A stretch of 64,000 nt of DNA from Mustelus asterias (taxonomy: Eukaryota): contig NC_135830.1 of NCBI RefSeq assembly GCF_964213995.1, positions 19,468,001 to 19,532,000 of the forward strand. Direction: 5' to 3'. Positions within the stretch are counted from its first letter, which is position 1, and each line of letters opens with the position of its first letter. Below are positions 35,028 to 48,185 of this stretch, in pieces. The notes beneath the pieces are model-generated. The model made no database searches and had not been told where the DNA came from. It worked only from the letters and a program-made list of their open reading frames with translations. A program made the translations under genes and the position numbers.

Positions 35028-38000
35028 TCATAGAATCATAGAAACCCTACAGTGCAGAAAGAGGCCATTTGGCCCATCGAGTCTGCACCGACCACAATCC
35101 CACCCAGGCCCTACCCCCATATCCCTACATATTTACCCGCTAATCCCTCTAACCTACGCATCCCAGGACTCCAAGGGGCAATTTTTAGCATAGCCAATCA
35201 ACCTAACCCGCACATCTTTGGACTGTGGGAGGAAACCGGAGCACCCGGAGGAAACCCGTTAGTTCAAGCAAAATCACAAATGGAAGGGTTGAGTGTGGTG
35301 GAAATAATCTTTTGAGGTGTGTCTATTTCAATGCCAGGAGTATTGTGGGGAAGGCAGATGAGCTGAAGGCGTGGATAGACACATGGAAATATGACATTAT
35401 AGCCATTAGTGAACCTTGGCTACAGGAGGGGCAGGACTGGCAGCTCAATGTTCCAGGGTTCCAATGTTTCAGGCGGGATAGAGGCAGAGGGATAAAAGGT
35501 GGGGGGGTGGCATTGTTGGTCAGGGAAAATGTTACAGCGGTACTCAGGCAGGATAAATTAGGGAGCTTGTCTACAGAGGCCCTATGGGTGGAGCTGAGAA
35601 ACAGGAAAGGTATGACCACGTTAATGGGGTTGTATTATAGACCACCCAATAGTCAGCGAGAATTGGAGGAGCAAATCAGCGGAGAGATAGCTGACAACTG
35701 CAAGAAACACAAAGTTGTGATAGTAGGGAATTTTAATTTTCCACATATAGATTGGGACTCGCATACTGTTAAAGGTTTAGACGGCGTAGAGTTTGTAAAA
35801 TGTGTTCAGGAGGATTTTCTACATCAGTATATAGAGGTGCCAACGAGAGAGGATGCGATATTGGATCTCCTATTGGGAAATGAGTTAGGGCAGGTGATGG
35901 ATGTGAGTGTGAGGGAACACTTTGGATCCAGTGATCATAATGCCATTAGTTTCAACCTGATCATTGATAAGGATAGATCTGGTCCTCGGGTTGAAGTTTT
36001 GAACTGGAGAAAGGCCAAATTTGATGAAATGAGAAGGGATCTGGGAAGTGTGGATTGGCACAGGCTGTTCTCTGGTAAGGATGTAAATGGAAAGTGGGAG
36101 GCCTTCAAAGGAGGAATTTTGAGAGTGCAGAGTTTGTATGTTCCTGTCAGGATTAAAGGCAAAGTAAATAAGAATAAGGAACCTTGGTTCTCGAGGGAGA
36201 TTGTAACACTGATTAAGAGGAAGAGAGAGTTGTATGAAATGTACAGGCAGCAAGGAACAGATCAGATGCTCGAGGAGTATAAAAAGTGCAAGAAGCTACT
36301 TAAGAGGGAAATCAGGAGGGCTAAAAGAAGACATGAGGTTGCTTTGGCAGACAGAGTGAAGGAAAATCCAAAGAGCTTCTATAGGTATGTTAGGAGCAAA
36401 AGGATAGTGAAGGATAAAATTGGTCCTCTTGAAGACCAGAGTGGTAGACTGTGTATGGAACCAAAAGAGATGGGGGAGATACTAAATGTTTTTTTTGCAT
36501 CCGTATTTACTGAGGAAATGGGCATGGAGTCTACGGAAATAGGGCAAACAGGTAGGGAGGTCATGGAACCTTTACAGAATAAAGGGGAGGAGGTGCTCGC
36601 TGTCTTGAGGCAAATCAGAGTGGATTATTCCCCAGGACCAGACAGGGTATTCCCACGGACCTTGAGGGAAGCTAGTGTTGAACTTGCAGGGGCCCTGGCA
36701 GACATATTTAAAATGTCAGTATTCACGGGGGAGGTGCCGGATGATTGGAGGGTGGCTCATGTTGTTCCGTTGTTTAAAAAAGGTTCCAAAAGAAATCCGG
36801 GAAATTATAGGCCAGTAAGTTTGACGTCGGTGGTGGGCAAGTTATTGGAAGGTGTGATAAGGGATAGGATCTACAAATATTTGGATAGACAGGGACTTAT
36901 TAGGGAGAGTCAACATGGCTTTGTGCGTGGTAGGTCATGTTTGACCAATCTATTAGAGTTTTTCGAGGAGGTTACCAGAAAAGTGGATGAAGGGAAGGCG
37001 GTGGATGTTGTCTACTTGGATTTCAGCAAGGCCTTTGACAAGGTCCCTCATGGGAGGTTAGTTAGGAAGGTTCAGTCGCTAGGTATACATGGGGAGGTAG
37101 TAAATTGGATTAGACCCTGGCTCAATGGAAGAAGCCAGAGAGTGGTTGTTGAGGATTGCTTCTCTGAGTGGAGGCCTGTGACTAGTGGTGTGCCGCAGGG
37201 ATCGGTGTTGGGTCCATTGTTGTTTGTCATCTATATCAATGATCTGGATGATAATGTGGTAAATTGGATCAGCAGGTTTGCTGATGATACAAAGATTGGA
37301 GGTGTAGTGGACAGTGAGGAAGGTTTTCGAAGCTTGCAGAGGGATTTGGACCAACTAGAAAAATGGGCTGAAAAATGGCAAATGGAATTTAACGCAGACA
37401 AGTGTGAGATATTGCACATTGGAAGGACAAACCAAAGTAGAACGTACAGGGTAAATGGTAGGACTCTGAAGAGTGCAGTTGAACAGAGGGATCTGGGAAT
37501 ACAGGTACAGAATTCCCTAAAAGTGACGTCACAGGTGGATAGGGTCGTAAAGAGTGCCTTTGGTACATTGGCCTTTATAAATCGGAGTATCGAGTATAAA
37601 AGTTGGAGTGTTATGGTAAGGTTATATAAGGCATTGGTGAGGCCGAATTTGGAGTATTGTGTACAGTTTTGGTCACCTAGGAAGGATGTAAATAAGGTTG
37701 AAAGAGTGCAGAGAAGGTTCACAAGGATGTTGCCGGGACTTGAGAAGCTGAGTTACAGAGAGAGATTGAATAGGTGGGACTTTATTCCCTGGAGCGTAGA
37801 AGATTGAGGGGAGATTTGATAGAGGTGTATAAGATTTTGATGGGTATAGATAGAGTGAATGCAAGCAGGCTTTTTCCGCTGAGGCTAGGGGAGAAAAAAA
37901 CCAGAGGGCATGGGTTAAGGGTGAAAGGAGAAAAGTTTAAAGGGAATATTAGGGGGGGCTTCTTCACGCAGAGAGTGGTGGGAGTGTGGAATGAGCTGCT

Positions 38001-38308
38001 GGATAAAGTGGTAAATGCGGGGTCACTTTTAACATTTCAGAAAAACTTGGAAGAGTTCATGGATGAGAGGGGTGTGGAGGGATATGGTCCAAGTGCAGGT
38101 CAGTGGGACTAGGCAAAAAATGGTTCGGCACAGACAAGAAGGGCCAAAAGGCCTGTTTCTGAGCTGTAATTTTCTATGGTTCTAAAGCCACGCAGACACG
38201 AGGAGAATGTGCAAACTCCACACAGACAGTGACCCGAGCCGGGAATCGAACCCTGGTCCCTGGAGCTGTGAAGCAGCAGTGCTAACCACTGTACTACCAT
38301 GCCGCCCC
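35028..38308 (-). mobile_element. HE1 V-SINE split by a CR1 (35028-35257 and 38187-38308)
   Basis: The V-domain breaks at GGAGGAAACC and resumes at CCACGCAGACACG. Confidence 0.85.
35258..38185 (+). mobile_element. CR1 LINE with near-complete ORF2 (APE endonuclease + reverse transcriptase), ORF1 absent
   Basis: 860-aa ORF 35225..37807 ([42 protein letters not shown]); one frameshift near 37772, continuing in 37774..38112; tail follows. Confidence 0.96.
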
Positions 38309-38319
38309 ACGGCATGTAT

Positions 38320-38665
38320 ATAAAATACTAAAAACGATTGATAAAGTAAACGTAGACCAAATGTTTCTCCTTGTGGGGCAATCTAGAACAAGAGGTCACA
38401 GGTATCCGTTGAGAGGGGGCAGAGGGTGTTGCATTTGTGGGACTCACTACCCCATAGCGGGCTGAAGTCTGAATCATTGAATGGTTTCAAGAAGGACGTA
38501 GGCAATATTTCCGATTTTTTTAAAAACAGGCTAAAGGGATATGGGGAACAGGTGGGGAGGTGGATTTGAGACCAGGGAGAGATCAGCCATGATCTGATTG
38601 AACCTGCTCCACCATTCAAAGGGCAGAATTGCCTACTTCTGCTCCTAATTCCTATGTTCCTATGA
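38320..38665 (+). mobile_element. CR1 3' end fragment
   Basis: Degenerate ORF2 end and CCTATGTT tail. Confidence 0.75.
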
Positions 38666-39247
38666 AGCTGCATCACCCCTTGACCTGGGGTAATTAGACA
38701 CTCTAATTACACGCTGGTTTGCACAGAACCAGATATCTAATTAACAAGCCAGAGTAACGCCAGAGAAGCAAATCCTGATCTCTGGATTCCCCCATTGACT
38801 CTTGTCATCCTGCCCCATGTGTCCAAAGATCTGCAGCTCAGTTCAGTCACATGAAGCCCCATGGTAGAAACTCTCAACCCCGAGTAGATATCAAGCTCAA
38901 ATCAAGGGGCTGCTGATGTTGTCTACATGGACTTTACCAAGGCCTGTGACAAGGTACTGCATGATAGGTTGTTGCATAAGGTTAATCTCACGAGATCCAG
39001 GGTGAGGTAGCCAAATGGATAAAAAATTGGCTTGATGACAGAAGACAGAGGGTGGTTGCAGAGGGTTGTTTTTCAAAATGGAGGCCTGTGACCAGCGGTG
39101 TGCCTCAGGGATCGGTGCTGGGTCCACTTTTATTTGTCATTTTGTATTAATGATTTGGATGAGAATTTAGGAGGCATGGTTAGTAAGTTTGCAGATGACA
39201 CCAAGATTGGTGGCATAGTGGACAGTGAAGAAGGTTATCTCGGATTG

Positions 39248-39453
39248 TGTGATGACTTCAGCCAGGCTAATGAGGTTGGCTTGTCCTAATTGATGGTTAA
39301 ATCAGAGAGCCTCATGCTCCCTATTTAAAGCAGGTATGTCAGATTCCCAGGCTGCATTCAGCAGGGAGCAACTGGCGAGTTGGCTGTGTACAGGTGTATG
39401 GTGTAAATAAAGTCACTTGGTGACAGGACTTTCACCTCCGTGGAGTTAATACA
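39248..39453 (+). mobile_element. Short solo LTR (206 bp)
   Basis: TG...CA ends, 5-bp duplication GATTG, TATTTAAA and AATAAA. Confidence 0.75.
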
Positions 39454-39556
39454 GATTGCAACGGAATCTTGATCAAGTGGGCCAGTGGGCTGACGAATGG
39501 TAGATGGAGTTTAATTTAGATAAATGCGAGGTGATGCATTTTGGTAGATTGAACCA

Positions 39557-39892
39557 GGGCAGGACGGTAGCACAGTGGTTAGCACTGCTGCTTCACAGCT
39601 CCAGGGTCCCGGGTTCGATTCCCGGCTCGGGTCACTGTCTGTGTGGAGTTTGCACATTCTCCTCGTGTCTGCGTGGGTTTACTCCGGGTGCTCCGGTTTC
39701 CTCCCACAGTCCAAAGATGTGCGGGTTAGGTTGATTGGCCAGGTTAAAAATTGCCCCTTAGAGTCCTGGGATGCGTGGATTAGCGGGTAAATATGTGGGG
39801 GTAGGGCCTGGGTGGGATTGTGGTCGGTGCAGACTCGATGGGCCGAATGGCCTCCTTCTGCACTGTAGGGTTTCTATGATTCTATGATTCTA
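39557..39892 (+). mobile_element. HE1-type V-SINE
   Basis: Head, V-domain, tail. Confidence 0.92.
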
Positions 39893-41084
39893 GGACTTAC
39901 TCAGTTAATGGTAGGGCGTTGGGAGAGTTATAGAACAAAGAGGTACAGATTCATCGCTTCTTGAAAGTGGAGTCACAGGTGGACAGAGTGGCGAAGAAGG
40001 CATTCGGCATGCTTGGTTTCATTGGTCAGAACATTGAATACAGGAGTTGGGACGTCTTGTTCAAGTTGTACAAGACATTGGTAAGGCCACACTAGGAATA
40101 CTGTGTACAGTTCTGGTCACCCTATTATAGAAAGGATATTATTAAATTAGAAGGAGTGCAGAAAAGATTTACTAGGATGCTACTGGGACTTGATGGTTTG
40201 AGTTATAAGGAGAGGCTGGAAAGACTGGGACTCTTTTCTCCGGAGCATCGGAGGCTAAGGTGATCTTATGGAGGTCTATGAAATAATGAGGGACATAGAT
40301 CAGTTAGATAGCCAATATCTTTTCCCAAAGGTAGGGGAATCTAAAACTAGAGGGCATAGGTTTCAGGTGAGAGGGGGGAGATACAAAAGTGTCCAGGCGG
40401 GCAATTTTTTCACACAGGGAGAGGTGAGTGTCTGGGACAAGCTGCCAGAGATAGTAGTGGAGGTAGGTACAATTTATTCGAGGAATTAAGGGCTATGGGG
40501 AGAGAGCGGGTAAATGGAGTTGAAATCAACCATGATTGAATGGTGGAGTGGACTCGATGGGCCGAATGGCCTTACTTCCGCTCCTATGTCTTATGGTCTT
40601 AATTTTGTCTTTTAGAAGCATTCAGACAGTCACATGGGTAAGGTTGGTATAGAGGGATATGGGCCCCAACGCGGGAAATTGGGACTAGCTTCGGGGTTTA
40701 AAAAAGGGGCGGCATGGACAAGTTGGGCCGAAGGGCCTGTTTCCATGCTGTAAACCTCTATGACGACCACAAGGGGGAAAGTGCAGCAGGGAGTGTGCGT
40801 GTCCATCCTGGAACAGGAAGCTGGCGAAGAGAATGTTGTAAATTTCTACCCTTGACCGACAGCGATGGTTAGAGTCCGGCTGGGAGTGCAGGAGGATAGC
40901 TAAGTCAGAGATATCAAAAGAATGATTGACAGTTTCAGCAACGGACGTGCTGAAACTCAGACAGAGTTGGGTGATGTTAATGAGCTGGAAGAAGGCAGTA
41001 ATAATGATAATGTGGATATGTGACTGGAAGGTAAGGTGGGCTGGAATATTTTGTCGTGGTCGTAAACAGTTTGATTCTGAGCCT

Positions 41085-41390
41085 CTGAGGAGGTAGTGGT
41101 ATTGTCACTGGATTAGTAATCCAGAGACCCAGGGCAAGATCTGGGGTACCGGGTTCAAATCCCAACCATGGTAGATGGTGAAATTTGAATTCAATAAAAA
41201 ATCTAGAACGAGAAGTCTAATGATGGAACCATGTCATAAAAAACCCATCTGGCTCACGAATGTCCTTGAGCGAAGGAAATCTGCCATCCTTACCTGGCCT
41301 GGCCTACATGTGATTCCAGGTCCATAGCAATGTGGTTGACTCTGAAATGGAGGGCAATTAGGGATGGACAGCCAGTGACTCCCATGAATC
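41085..41390 (+). mobile_element. Non-V tRNA-derived SINE
   Basis: A/B boxes and the body shared with 22741-23100. Confidence 0.78.
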
Positions 41391-41392
41391 CT

Positions 41393-42400
41393 ATGGTGTC
41401 CCGCAGGGTTCAGTGTTGGGGCCACAGCTGTTCTCTTTATATATTAACGATCTAGATGACGGGACTGGGAGCATTCTGGCCAAGTTTGCCGATGATACAA
41501 AGATAGGTGGAGGGGCAGGTAGTATTGAGGAGGTGGGGAGGCTGCAGAAAGATTTAGACAGTTTAGGAGAGTGGTCCAAGAAGTGGCTGATGAAATTCAA
41601 CGTGGGCAAGTGCGAGGTCGTACACTTTGGAAAAAAGAATAGAGGCATGGACTATTTTCTAAACGGTGACAAAATTCATAATGCTAAAGTGCAAAGGGAC
41701 TTGGGAGTCCTAGTCCAGGATTCTCTAAAGGTAAACTTGCAGGTTGAGTCCGTAATTAAGAAAGCAAATGTAATGTTGTCATTTATCTCAAGAGGCTTGG
41801 AATACAAAAGCAGGGATGTACTTCTGAGGCTTTATAAAGCACTGGTTAGGCCCCATTTGGAGTACTGTGAGCAATTTTGGGCCCCACACCTCAGGAAGGA
41901 CATACTGGCACTGGAGCGGGTCCAGCGGAGATTCACACGGATGATCCCAGGAATGGTAGGCCTGACATACGATGAACGTCTGAGGATCGTGGGATTATAT
42001 TCATTGGAGTTTAGGAGGTTGAGGGGAGATCTGATAGAAACTTACAAGGTAATGAACGGCTTAGATAGGATGGACGTAGGGAAGTTGTTTCCATTAACAG
42101 GGGAGACTAGGACGCGGGGGCACAGCCTTAGAATAAAAGGGAGTCACTTTAGAACAGAGATGAGGAGAAATTTCTTCAGCCAGAGAGTGGTGGGTCTGTG
42201 GAATTCATTGCCACAGAGGGCTGTGGAGGCCGAGACGTTGAGCGTCTTCAAGACAGAAATTGATAAATTCTTGATTTCTCGAGGAATTAAGGGCTATGGG
42301 GAGAGAGCGGGTAAATGGAGTTGAAATCAACCATGATTGAATGGTGGAGTGGACTCGATGGGCCGAATGGCCTTACTTCCGCTCCTATGTCTTATGGTCT
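41393..42400 (+). mobile_element. Young 5'-truncated CR1 with open RT C-terminal ORF
   Basis: Uninterrupted 303-aa ORF 41413..42324; near-identical pieces at 40475, 49604, 55169 and 57124. Confidence 0.95.
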
Positions 42401-42436
42401 TAAGAAAGTCTCACACAATTTCCAGGGGGGAGGAAT

Positions 42437-42952
42437 GGGCAGCAGGGTGGCACAGTGGTTAGCATTGCTGCCTCACAGCGCCAGGGGACCCAAGTTCAAT
42501 TCCGGCCTTGGGTCACTGTCTGTGTGGAGTTTGCACTTTCTCCCCGTGTCTGCGTGGGTTTCCTCCGGGTGCTCCGGTTTCCTCCCACAGTCCAAAGATG
42601 TGCGGGTTAGGTTGATTGGCCAGGTTAAAAATTGCCCCTTAGAGTCCTGAGATGTGTAGGTTAGAGGGATTAACGGGTAAATATGTGGGGGTAGGGCCTG
42701 GGTGGGATTGTGGTCGGTGCAGACTCGATGGGCCGAATGGCCTCCTTCTGTACTGTAGGGATTCTATGATTCTATGATTCCAATGATGTGCAGGTTAGGT
42801 TGATTGGCCATGTTAAATTGACCCTAGTGTCAGGGGGATTAACAGGGTAAATATGTGGGGTTACGGGAACAGGGCCTGGGTGCGTTTATGATCGGTACAG
42901 ACTCGATGGGCCGAATGGCATCCTTCTGTACTGGAGGAATTCTATTCTATGT
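42437..42952 (+). mobile_element. HE1-type V-SINE followed by a second, older tail
   Basis: Full copy to 42780; second 3' half 42783-42952. Confidence 0.85.
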
Positions 42953-43049
42953 TTCAGTGGAGTTTCTGGTGAGGACTGATATTGTTCTTCCCAATATTTA
43001 AATGGAGGAAATTTCTGATCATCCAGTACTGATTGTCAGACAAGTTAGG

Positions 43050-43330
43050 ATGGCACGGTAGCACAGTGGTTAGCACTGCAGCTTCACAGCGCCAGGGACC
43101 CGGGTTCGATTCCTGGCTTGGGTCACTGTCTGTGCGGAGTTTGCACATTCTCCCCGTGTCTGCGTGGGTTTCCTCCGGGTGCTCCGGTGTCCTCCCACAT
43201 TCTGAAAGACGCGCTGGTTAGGTGCACTGACCCGAACAGGCGTCGGACTGTGCCAACTAGGGGAATTTCACAGTAACTTCATTGCAGTGTTAATGTAAGC
43301 CTCACTTGTGACTAATAGATTAACTTTAAC
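43050..43330 (+). mobile_element. V-SINE with alternative tail
   Basis: Head, V-domain, tail. Confidence 0.85.
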
Positions 43331-43393
43331 GGTGTGTGAGTTGGAGGGGAGCTTGGAGGTAATGGTTTTCACATGCACCCACTACCTTTTGAT

Positions 43394-43469
43394 GCACCCT
43401 CCACAATGAGGACAAACTATACGCATGTTCTGTGTGTGGGCGAGGCTTCAGACAATCATCTGGCCTGTC
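43394..43469 (+). pseudogene. Fragment of a ZNF-5-like first finger
   Basis: TGTTCTGTGTGTGGGCGAGGCTTCAGACAATCATCTGGCCTGTC is identical to the first finger of ZNF-5 (~44773-44816). Confidence 0.75.
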
Positions 43470-43613
43470 TTCTGGGTGGTGGAGAATGAGGGTCCGTCAA
43501 AATTCTTTTTAAGTTGTCGATAAATGAAAACCCTCTCCTTCACCCCTTGCCTGTCCTGCCCTTTCTCTTTCTTGCTGTCTTCTCCCATATACAGATCAGG
43601 TTCTGGTGTAACT

Positions 43614-44434
43614 TGGAAAATTGGGCGGAGAGGTGGCAGATGGAGTTTAATCCGGATAAATGCGAAGTGATGCATTTTGGAAGAAATAATGTAGGGAGGA
43701 GTTATACAATAAATGGCAGAGTCATCAGGAGTATAGAAACACAGAGGGACCTAGGTGTGCAAGTCCACAAATCCTTGAAGGTGGCAACACAGGTGGAGAA
43801 GGTGGTGAAGAAGGCATATGGCATGCTTGCCTTTATAGGACGGGGTATAGAGTATAAAAGCTGGAGTCTGATGATGCAGCTGTATAGAACGCTGGTTAGG
43901 CCACATTTGGAGTACTGCGTCCAGTTCTGGTCGCCGCACTACCAGAAGGACGTGGAGGCGTTAGAGAGAGTGCAGAGAAGGTTTACCAGGATGTTGCCTG
44001 GTATGGAGGGTCTTAGCTATGAGGAGAGATTGGGTAGACTGGGGTTGTTCTCCCTGGAAAGACGGAGAATGAGGGGAGATCTAATAGAGGTGTACAAGAT
44101 TATGAAGGGGATAGATAGGGTGAACAGTGGGAAGCTTTTTCCCAGGTCGGAGGTGACGATCACGAGGGGTCACGGGCTCAAGGTGAGAGGGGCGAAGTAT
44201 AACTCAGATATCAGAGGGATGTTTTTTACACAGAGGGTGGTGGGGGCCTGGAATGCGCTGCCAAGTAGGGTGGTGGAGGCAGGCACGCTGACATCGTTTA
44301 AGACTTACCTGGATAGTCACATGAGCAGCCTGGGAATGGAGGGATACAAACGAATGGTCTAGTTGGACCAAGGAGCGGCACAGGCTTGGAGGGCCGAAGG
44401 GCCTGTTTCCTGTGCTGTACTGTTCTTTGTTCTT
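43614..44434 (+). mobile_element. Young 5'-truncated CR1 subfamily A
   Basis: Open ORF to 44362, nearly identical to 50695-51523; TGTAACT duplication at 43607-43613 and 44435-44441. Confidence 0.95.
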
Positions 44435-44727
44435 TGTAACTCCAGACCAGGTGACAGGTTCCCTTCCCTGATGGACATCAGTGAACCTTTTTATACGACA
44501 ATCTGACAGTTTACATAATCATTTGTTCCTTGTGATGACCCCACAAATGACTAGGTTCATTCAGCTCAATTTCACAATCTCTCCCGCTCCCTTTTTCTGT
44601 CTTGAATCAATTTTGCAGGTTGTTAGAAGGGGACATCTGCTGTTGGGAAACTGAAACCAAACATCACGCCAGGGTCTGCCAGAGTCGCCCCATTTATCGT
44701 GACCTGAACATCATCAGAGTTTTGAAC

Positions 44728-45513
44728 ATGGAAGGGGAAAGCACCTTCCATCATGAGGAGAAACTGTACATGTGTTCTGTGTGTGGGCGAGGCTTCAGAC
44801 AATCATCTGGCCTGTCCAGACACAAGCGCAGCCATGCCGGGGAGAAACCCTGGAAATGTGAGGACTGTGGGAAGAGATTCAACTACCCATCGGAGCTGGA
44901 AACTCATCGACGCAGTCACACCGGGGAGAGACCATTCATTTGCTCCATGTGTGGGAAGGGATTCACTCAGTCATCGAGTCTGCTGAAACACCTGCGAGAT
45001 CACACTGGGAAGAGGCCATTCACCTGCTCTGCGTGCGGGAAGGGATTCACTCAGTTATCCAACCTGTCGGAGCACCAGCGAGTTCACACCGGGGAGAGAC
45101 CGTTCACCTGCTCCCAGTGTGGAAAAGCATTCACTCAGTCATCCCATCTGCTGTCACACCAGCGAGTTCACACTGAGGAGAGACCTTTTAGATGCGCAAT
45201 CTGTGAGAGGTGCTATAAAAGTTCTGGGGAACTCACGTCCCACCAGCAGGTCCACACTGATGAGAGACCGTTCAGATGCCCTCACTGTGGGACTGGGTTC
45301 AGGCGATCAGAGCAACTCACTGTACACCAGCGCACTCACACTGGGGAGAGACCGTTCCCCTGCTCCAAATGTGGGAAGGGATTCACTCAGTTATCCAGCC
45401 TGCTGAATCACCAGCGAATTCACACTGGGGAGAGGCCGTTCACCTGCTCTGAGTGTGGGAAGGGATTCACTACCTCCTCCACTCTGCTGAATCACCAGCG
45501 AGTTCACAAGTAA
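44728..45513 (+). CDS. Tandem C2H2 zinc-finger protein ZNF-5 (9 fingers)
   Basis: ORF 44602..45513; acceptor 44617-44618; AACATGG start at 44728; AATAAA near 45638. Confidence 0.93.
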   Translation: MEGESTFHHEEKLYMCSVCGRGFRQSSGLSRHKRSHAGEKPWKCEDCGKRFNYPSELETHRRSHTGERPFICSMCGKGFTQSSSLLKHLRDHTGKRPFTCSACGKGFTQLSNLSEHQRVHTGERPFTCSQCGKAFTQSSHLLSHQRVHTEERPFRCAICERCYKSSGELTSHQQVHTDERPFRCPHCGTGFRRSEQLTVHQRTHTGERPFPCSKCGKGFTQLSSLLNHQRIHTGERPFTCSECGKGFTTSSTLLNHQRVHK

Positions 45514-45884
45514 CAACAGTGATTGGATTTTGACATCAATCGCATTCAGGACAGAACCATGTTCATTGGAATCTGATTCTCCTGATGTCAATAAGCTCCA
45601 GTCCAGTTGTGATGGTGAATATACTGGACGAAAACCAAATAAACAAGCTTTGCATTAAACAGTCTGTTGAACCTTTTTAATATGTCTAACACAAAGTAAT
45701 CCTCTTGAAGGGCTGTCCCTCTCCCCTGTCTCCTCCATCCTCACCCCCAACAACAAGTGTGAGGAGCTCATGGAGCTTCTTTATGACTAAGATGAGCTGC
45801 CTCTGCTGTTGCCCTCCATTCCACGAGTTCACTTGCCCAGACTGTCTCTAAAGATCTTCCCAGCCCTATTTTGAACCCATATCC

Positions 45885-46326
45885 TAGAATCATAGAAACC
45901 CTACAGTGCAGAAGGAGGCCATTCGGCCCATCGAGTCTGCACCGACCACAATCCCACCCAGGCCCTACCCCACATATTTACCCGCTAATCCAGTTAACCT
46001 ACACATCCCAGGACTCTAAGGGGCAATTTTTAACCTGGCCAATCAACCTAACCCGCACATCTTTGGACTGTGGGAGGAAACCGGAGCACCCGGAGGAAAC
46101 CCACGCAGACACGAGGAGAATGTGCAAACTCCACACAGACAGTGACCCGAGCCGGGAATCGAACCCGGGACCCTGGAGCTGTGAAGCAGCAGTGCTAACC
46201 ACTGTGCTACCGTGCCGCCCCAGAATGTGCAAACTCCACACAGACAGTGACCCGAGCCGGGAATCGAACCCGGGACCCTGGAGCTGTGAAGCAGCAGTGC
46301 TAACCCACTGTGCTACCGTGCCGCCC
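45885..46326 (-). mobile_element. HE1-type V-SINE with duplicated tRNA head
   Basis: Full copy to 46220; second head 46222-46326. Confidence 0.9.
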
Positions 46327-46520
46327 TTTAGTGTCACTCCTAACTCCCTTTATTCCTTCGAGTGATCCTGGAGAAGATGGTAGTGTGCCACCTTCCTTAA
46401 ACTGCTGCAGTCCTTGCGATGTGGGTACACCCACCCTGCTGCTCGGAAGGGATTATCAAATTGCTTATCTGGGTGAGCAGGCATTTCCTCCAATTGAAAA
46501 TTGGGTCGACCAAAGCCATT

Positions 46521-46645
46521 TGCCGGAATTTTACCGGCACTCCCGCCCTGGAATCGAGGCGGGCGAGGTTCGCAGGACAGCATCCTCCATTGGCTTCGGG
46601 TGGGATCTTACGAGCCTCGGGCAGCCGACGTGGTAGAATTTCAAC
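46521..46645. mobile_element. Possible small MITE
   Basis: GC-rich block with imperfect inverted ends GGAATTTTACC / GGTAGAATTTC inside an L2 relic. Confidence 0.4.
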
Positions 46646-46674
46646 AATTGTCTTTTAATTTCCAGCAATTGTCT

Positions 46675-47012
46675 GGGCGGCACAGTGGGTTAGCACTGCT
46701 GCTTCACAGCACCAGGGACCCGCGTTCGATTCCCAGCCCGGGTCACTGTCTGTGTGGAGTTTGCACATTCTCCTCGTGTCTGCGTGGGTTTCCTCCGGGT
46801 GCTCCGCTTTCCTCCCACAGTCCAAAGATGTGCGGGTTAGGTTGATTGGCCAGGTTAAAAATTGTCCCTTAGAGTCCTGGGATGCGTAGGTTAGAGGGAT
46901 TAGCGGGTAAAATATGTGGGGGTAGGGCCTGGGTGGGATTGTGGTCGGTGCAGACTCGATGGGCCGAATGGCCTCCTTCTGCACTGTAGGGTTTCTATGT
47001 TTCTATGTTTCT
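46675..47012 (+). mobile_element. HE1-type V-SINE
   Basis: Head, V-domain, tail. Confidence 0.92.
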
Positions 47013-47502
47013 ATATCCATACCATCACTCACACCAGATATCTCAATCTCCATAATGTCACCTGTCTTCACCCCATCTGCTGCTGAAACCCTCATCCATA
47101 CCCATGTTACCTTTAAACTGGATGATTCCAATGCATTCCTGATCAGCCTCTCACATTCACCCCATCCCCACACAGAAACATGAAATTACCCGAAACTCTG
47201 TGCCCATGTCTTTTCTCACACCAACTCCTCTTCAGCCATCCCCCCCTGTTCTCACTTTTGCTCCTCATTAAAATTTGGTTCTGATCAAATTATGGTTTTA
47301 AAGTTTGCATCCTTGTTTTCAAATTGCTTCATGCCCCCAACCCTCCCAATCTCTAATTTCCAGTCGCGCACCCTGTGAAATATCTGCACTCCTCTCGATC
47401 AATTATCCTGGAACATCACTGATTTTAAAAACTCCACCGTCAGTGGCCGTGATCCAAAGATCTGACATTCCTTCCCTAGACCTCCAGCTCTCTCCTAGAA
47501 GT

Positions 47503-47838
47503 CATAGAAATAGAAAACCCTACAGTGCAGAAGGAGGCCATTCGGCCCATCGAGTCTGCACCGACCACAATCCCACCCAGGCCCTACCCCCACATATTTT
47601 ACCCGCTAATCCCTCTAACCTACGCATCCCAGGACTCTAAGGGGCAATTTTTAACCTGGCCAATCAACCTAACCCGCACATCTTTGGACTGTGGGAGGAA
47701 ACCGGAGCACCCGGAGGAAACCCACGCAGACACAAGGAGAATGTGCAAACTCCACACAGACAGTGACCCGAGCCGGGAATCGAACCCGGGGCCCTGGAGC
47801 TGTGAAGCAGCAGTGCTAACCACTGTGCTACCGTGCCG
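47503..47838 (-). mobile_element. HE1-type V-SINE
   Basis: Head, V-domain, tail. Confidence 0.92.
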
Positions 47839-47869
47839 ATTCTTGTTAAAAACTGCCTCTCCAATCAAG

Positions 47870-48140
47870 GTGTGGCACAGTGGCTAGCACGGCTGCCTCA
47901 CAGCGCCCCGGGTTTGATTCCTGGCTTGGGTCACTATCTGTGCGGAGTTTGCACCTTCTGCCCGTGTCTGCGTGGGTTTCCTCCGGGTGCTCCGGTTTCC
48001 TCCCACAGACCAAAAGGTGTGCTGGTTCGGCGCATTGGCCGTGCTAAATTCTCCCTCAGTGTATCCAAACAGGCGCCAGAGTGTGGCGACTAGGGGATTT
48101 TCATAGTAACTTCATTACAGTGTTAATATCAGCCTACTGT
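47870..48140 (+). mobile_element. V-SINE with alternative tail
   Basis: Head, V-domain, tail. Confidence 0.82.
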
Positions 48141-48185
48141 GAGGTGACACACTTTGGATGGAGTAATTTGACAAGAAAGTACAAA

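Larger units (their letters stand above)
38905..40765 (+). mobile_element. CR1 RT half with nested LTR, SINE and a short younger CR1 tail (40475-40600)
   Basis: FADD ORF 39098..39289, ORFs 39504.. and 40268..; tail near 40760. Confidence 0.88.
45715..47480 (+). mobile_element. Old L2-clade LINE fragments between SINEs
   Basis: FLQLKIGSTKAI (~46490) and SAAETLIHTHVTFKLDDSNAFL (~47080) resemble L2 ORF2. Confidence 0.55.

Noticed and set aside
43514-43613. Hydrophobic N-terminus fused to the CR1 ORF as a domesticated gene
   Set aside because: Chance open frame in pyrimidine-rich intron sequence upstream of a young truncated insertion, with no ATG start
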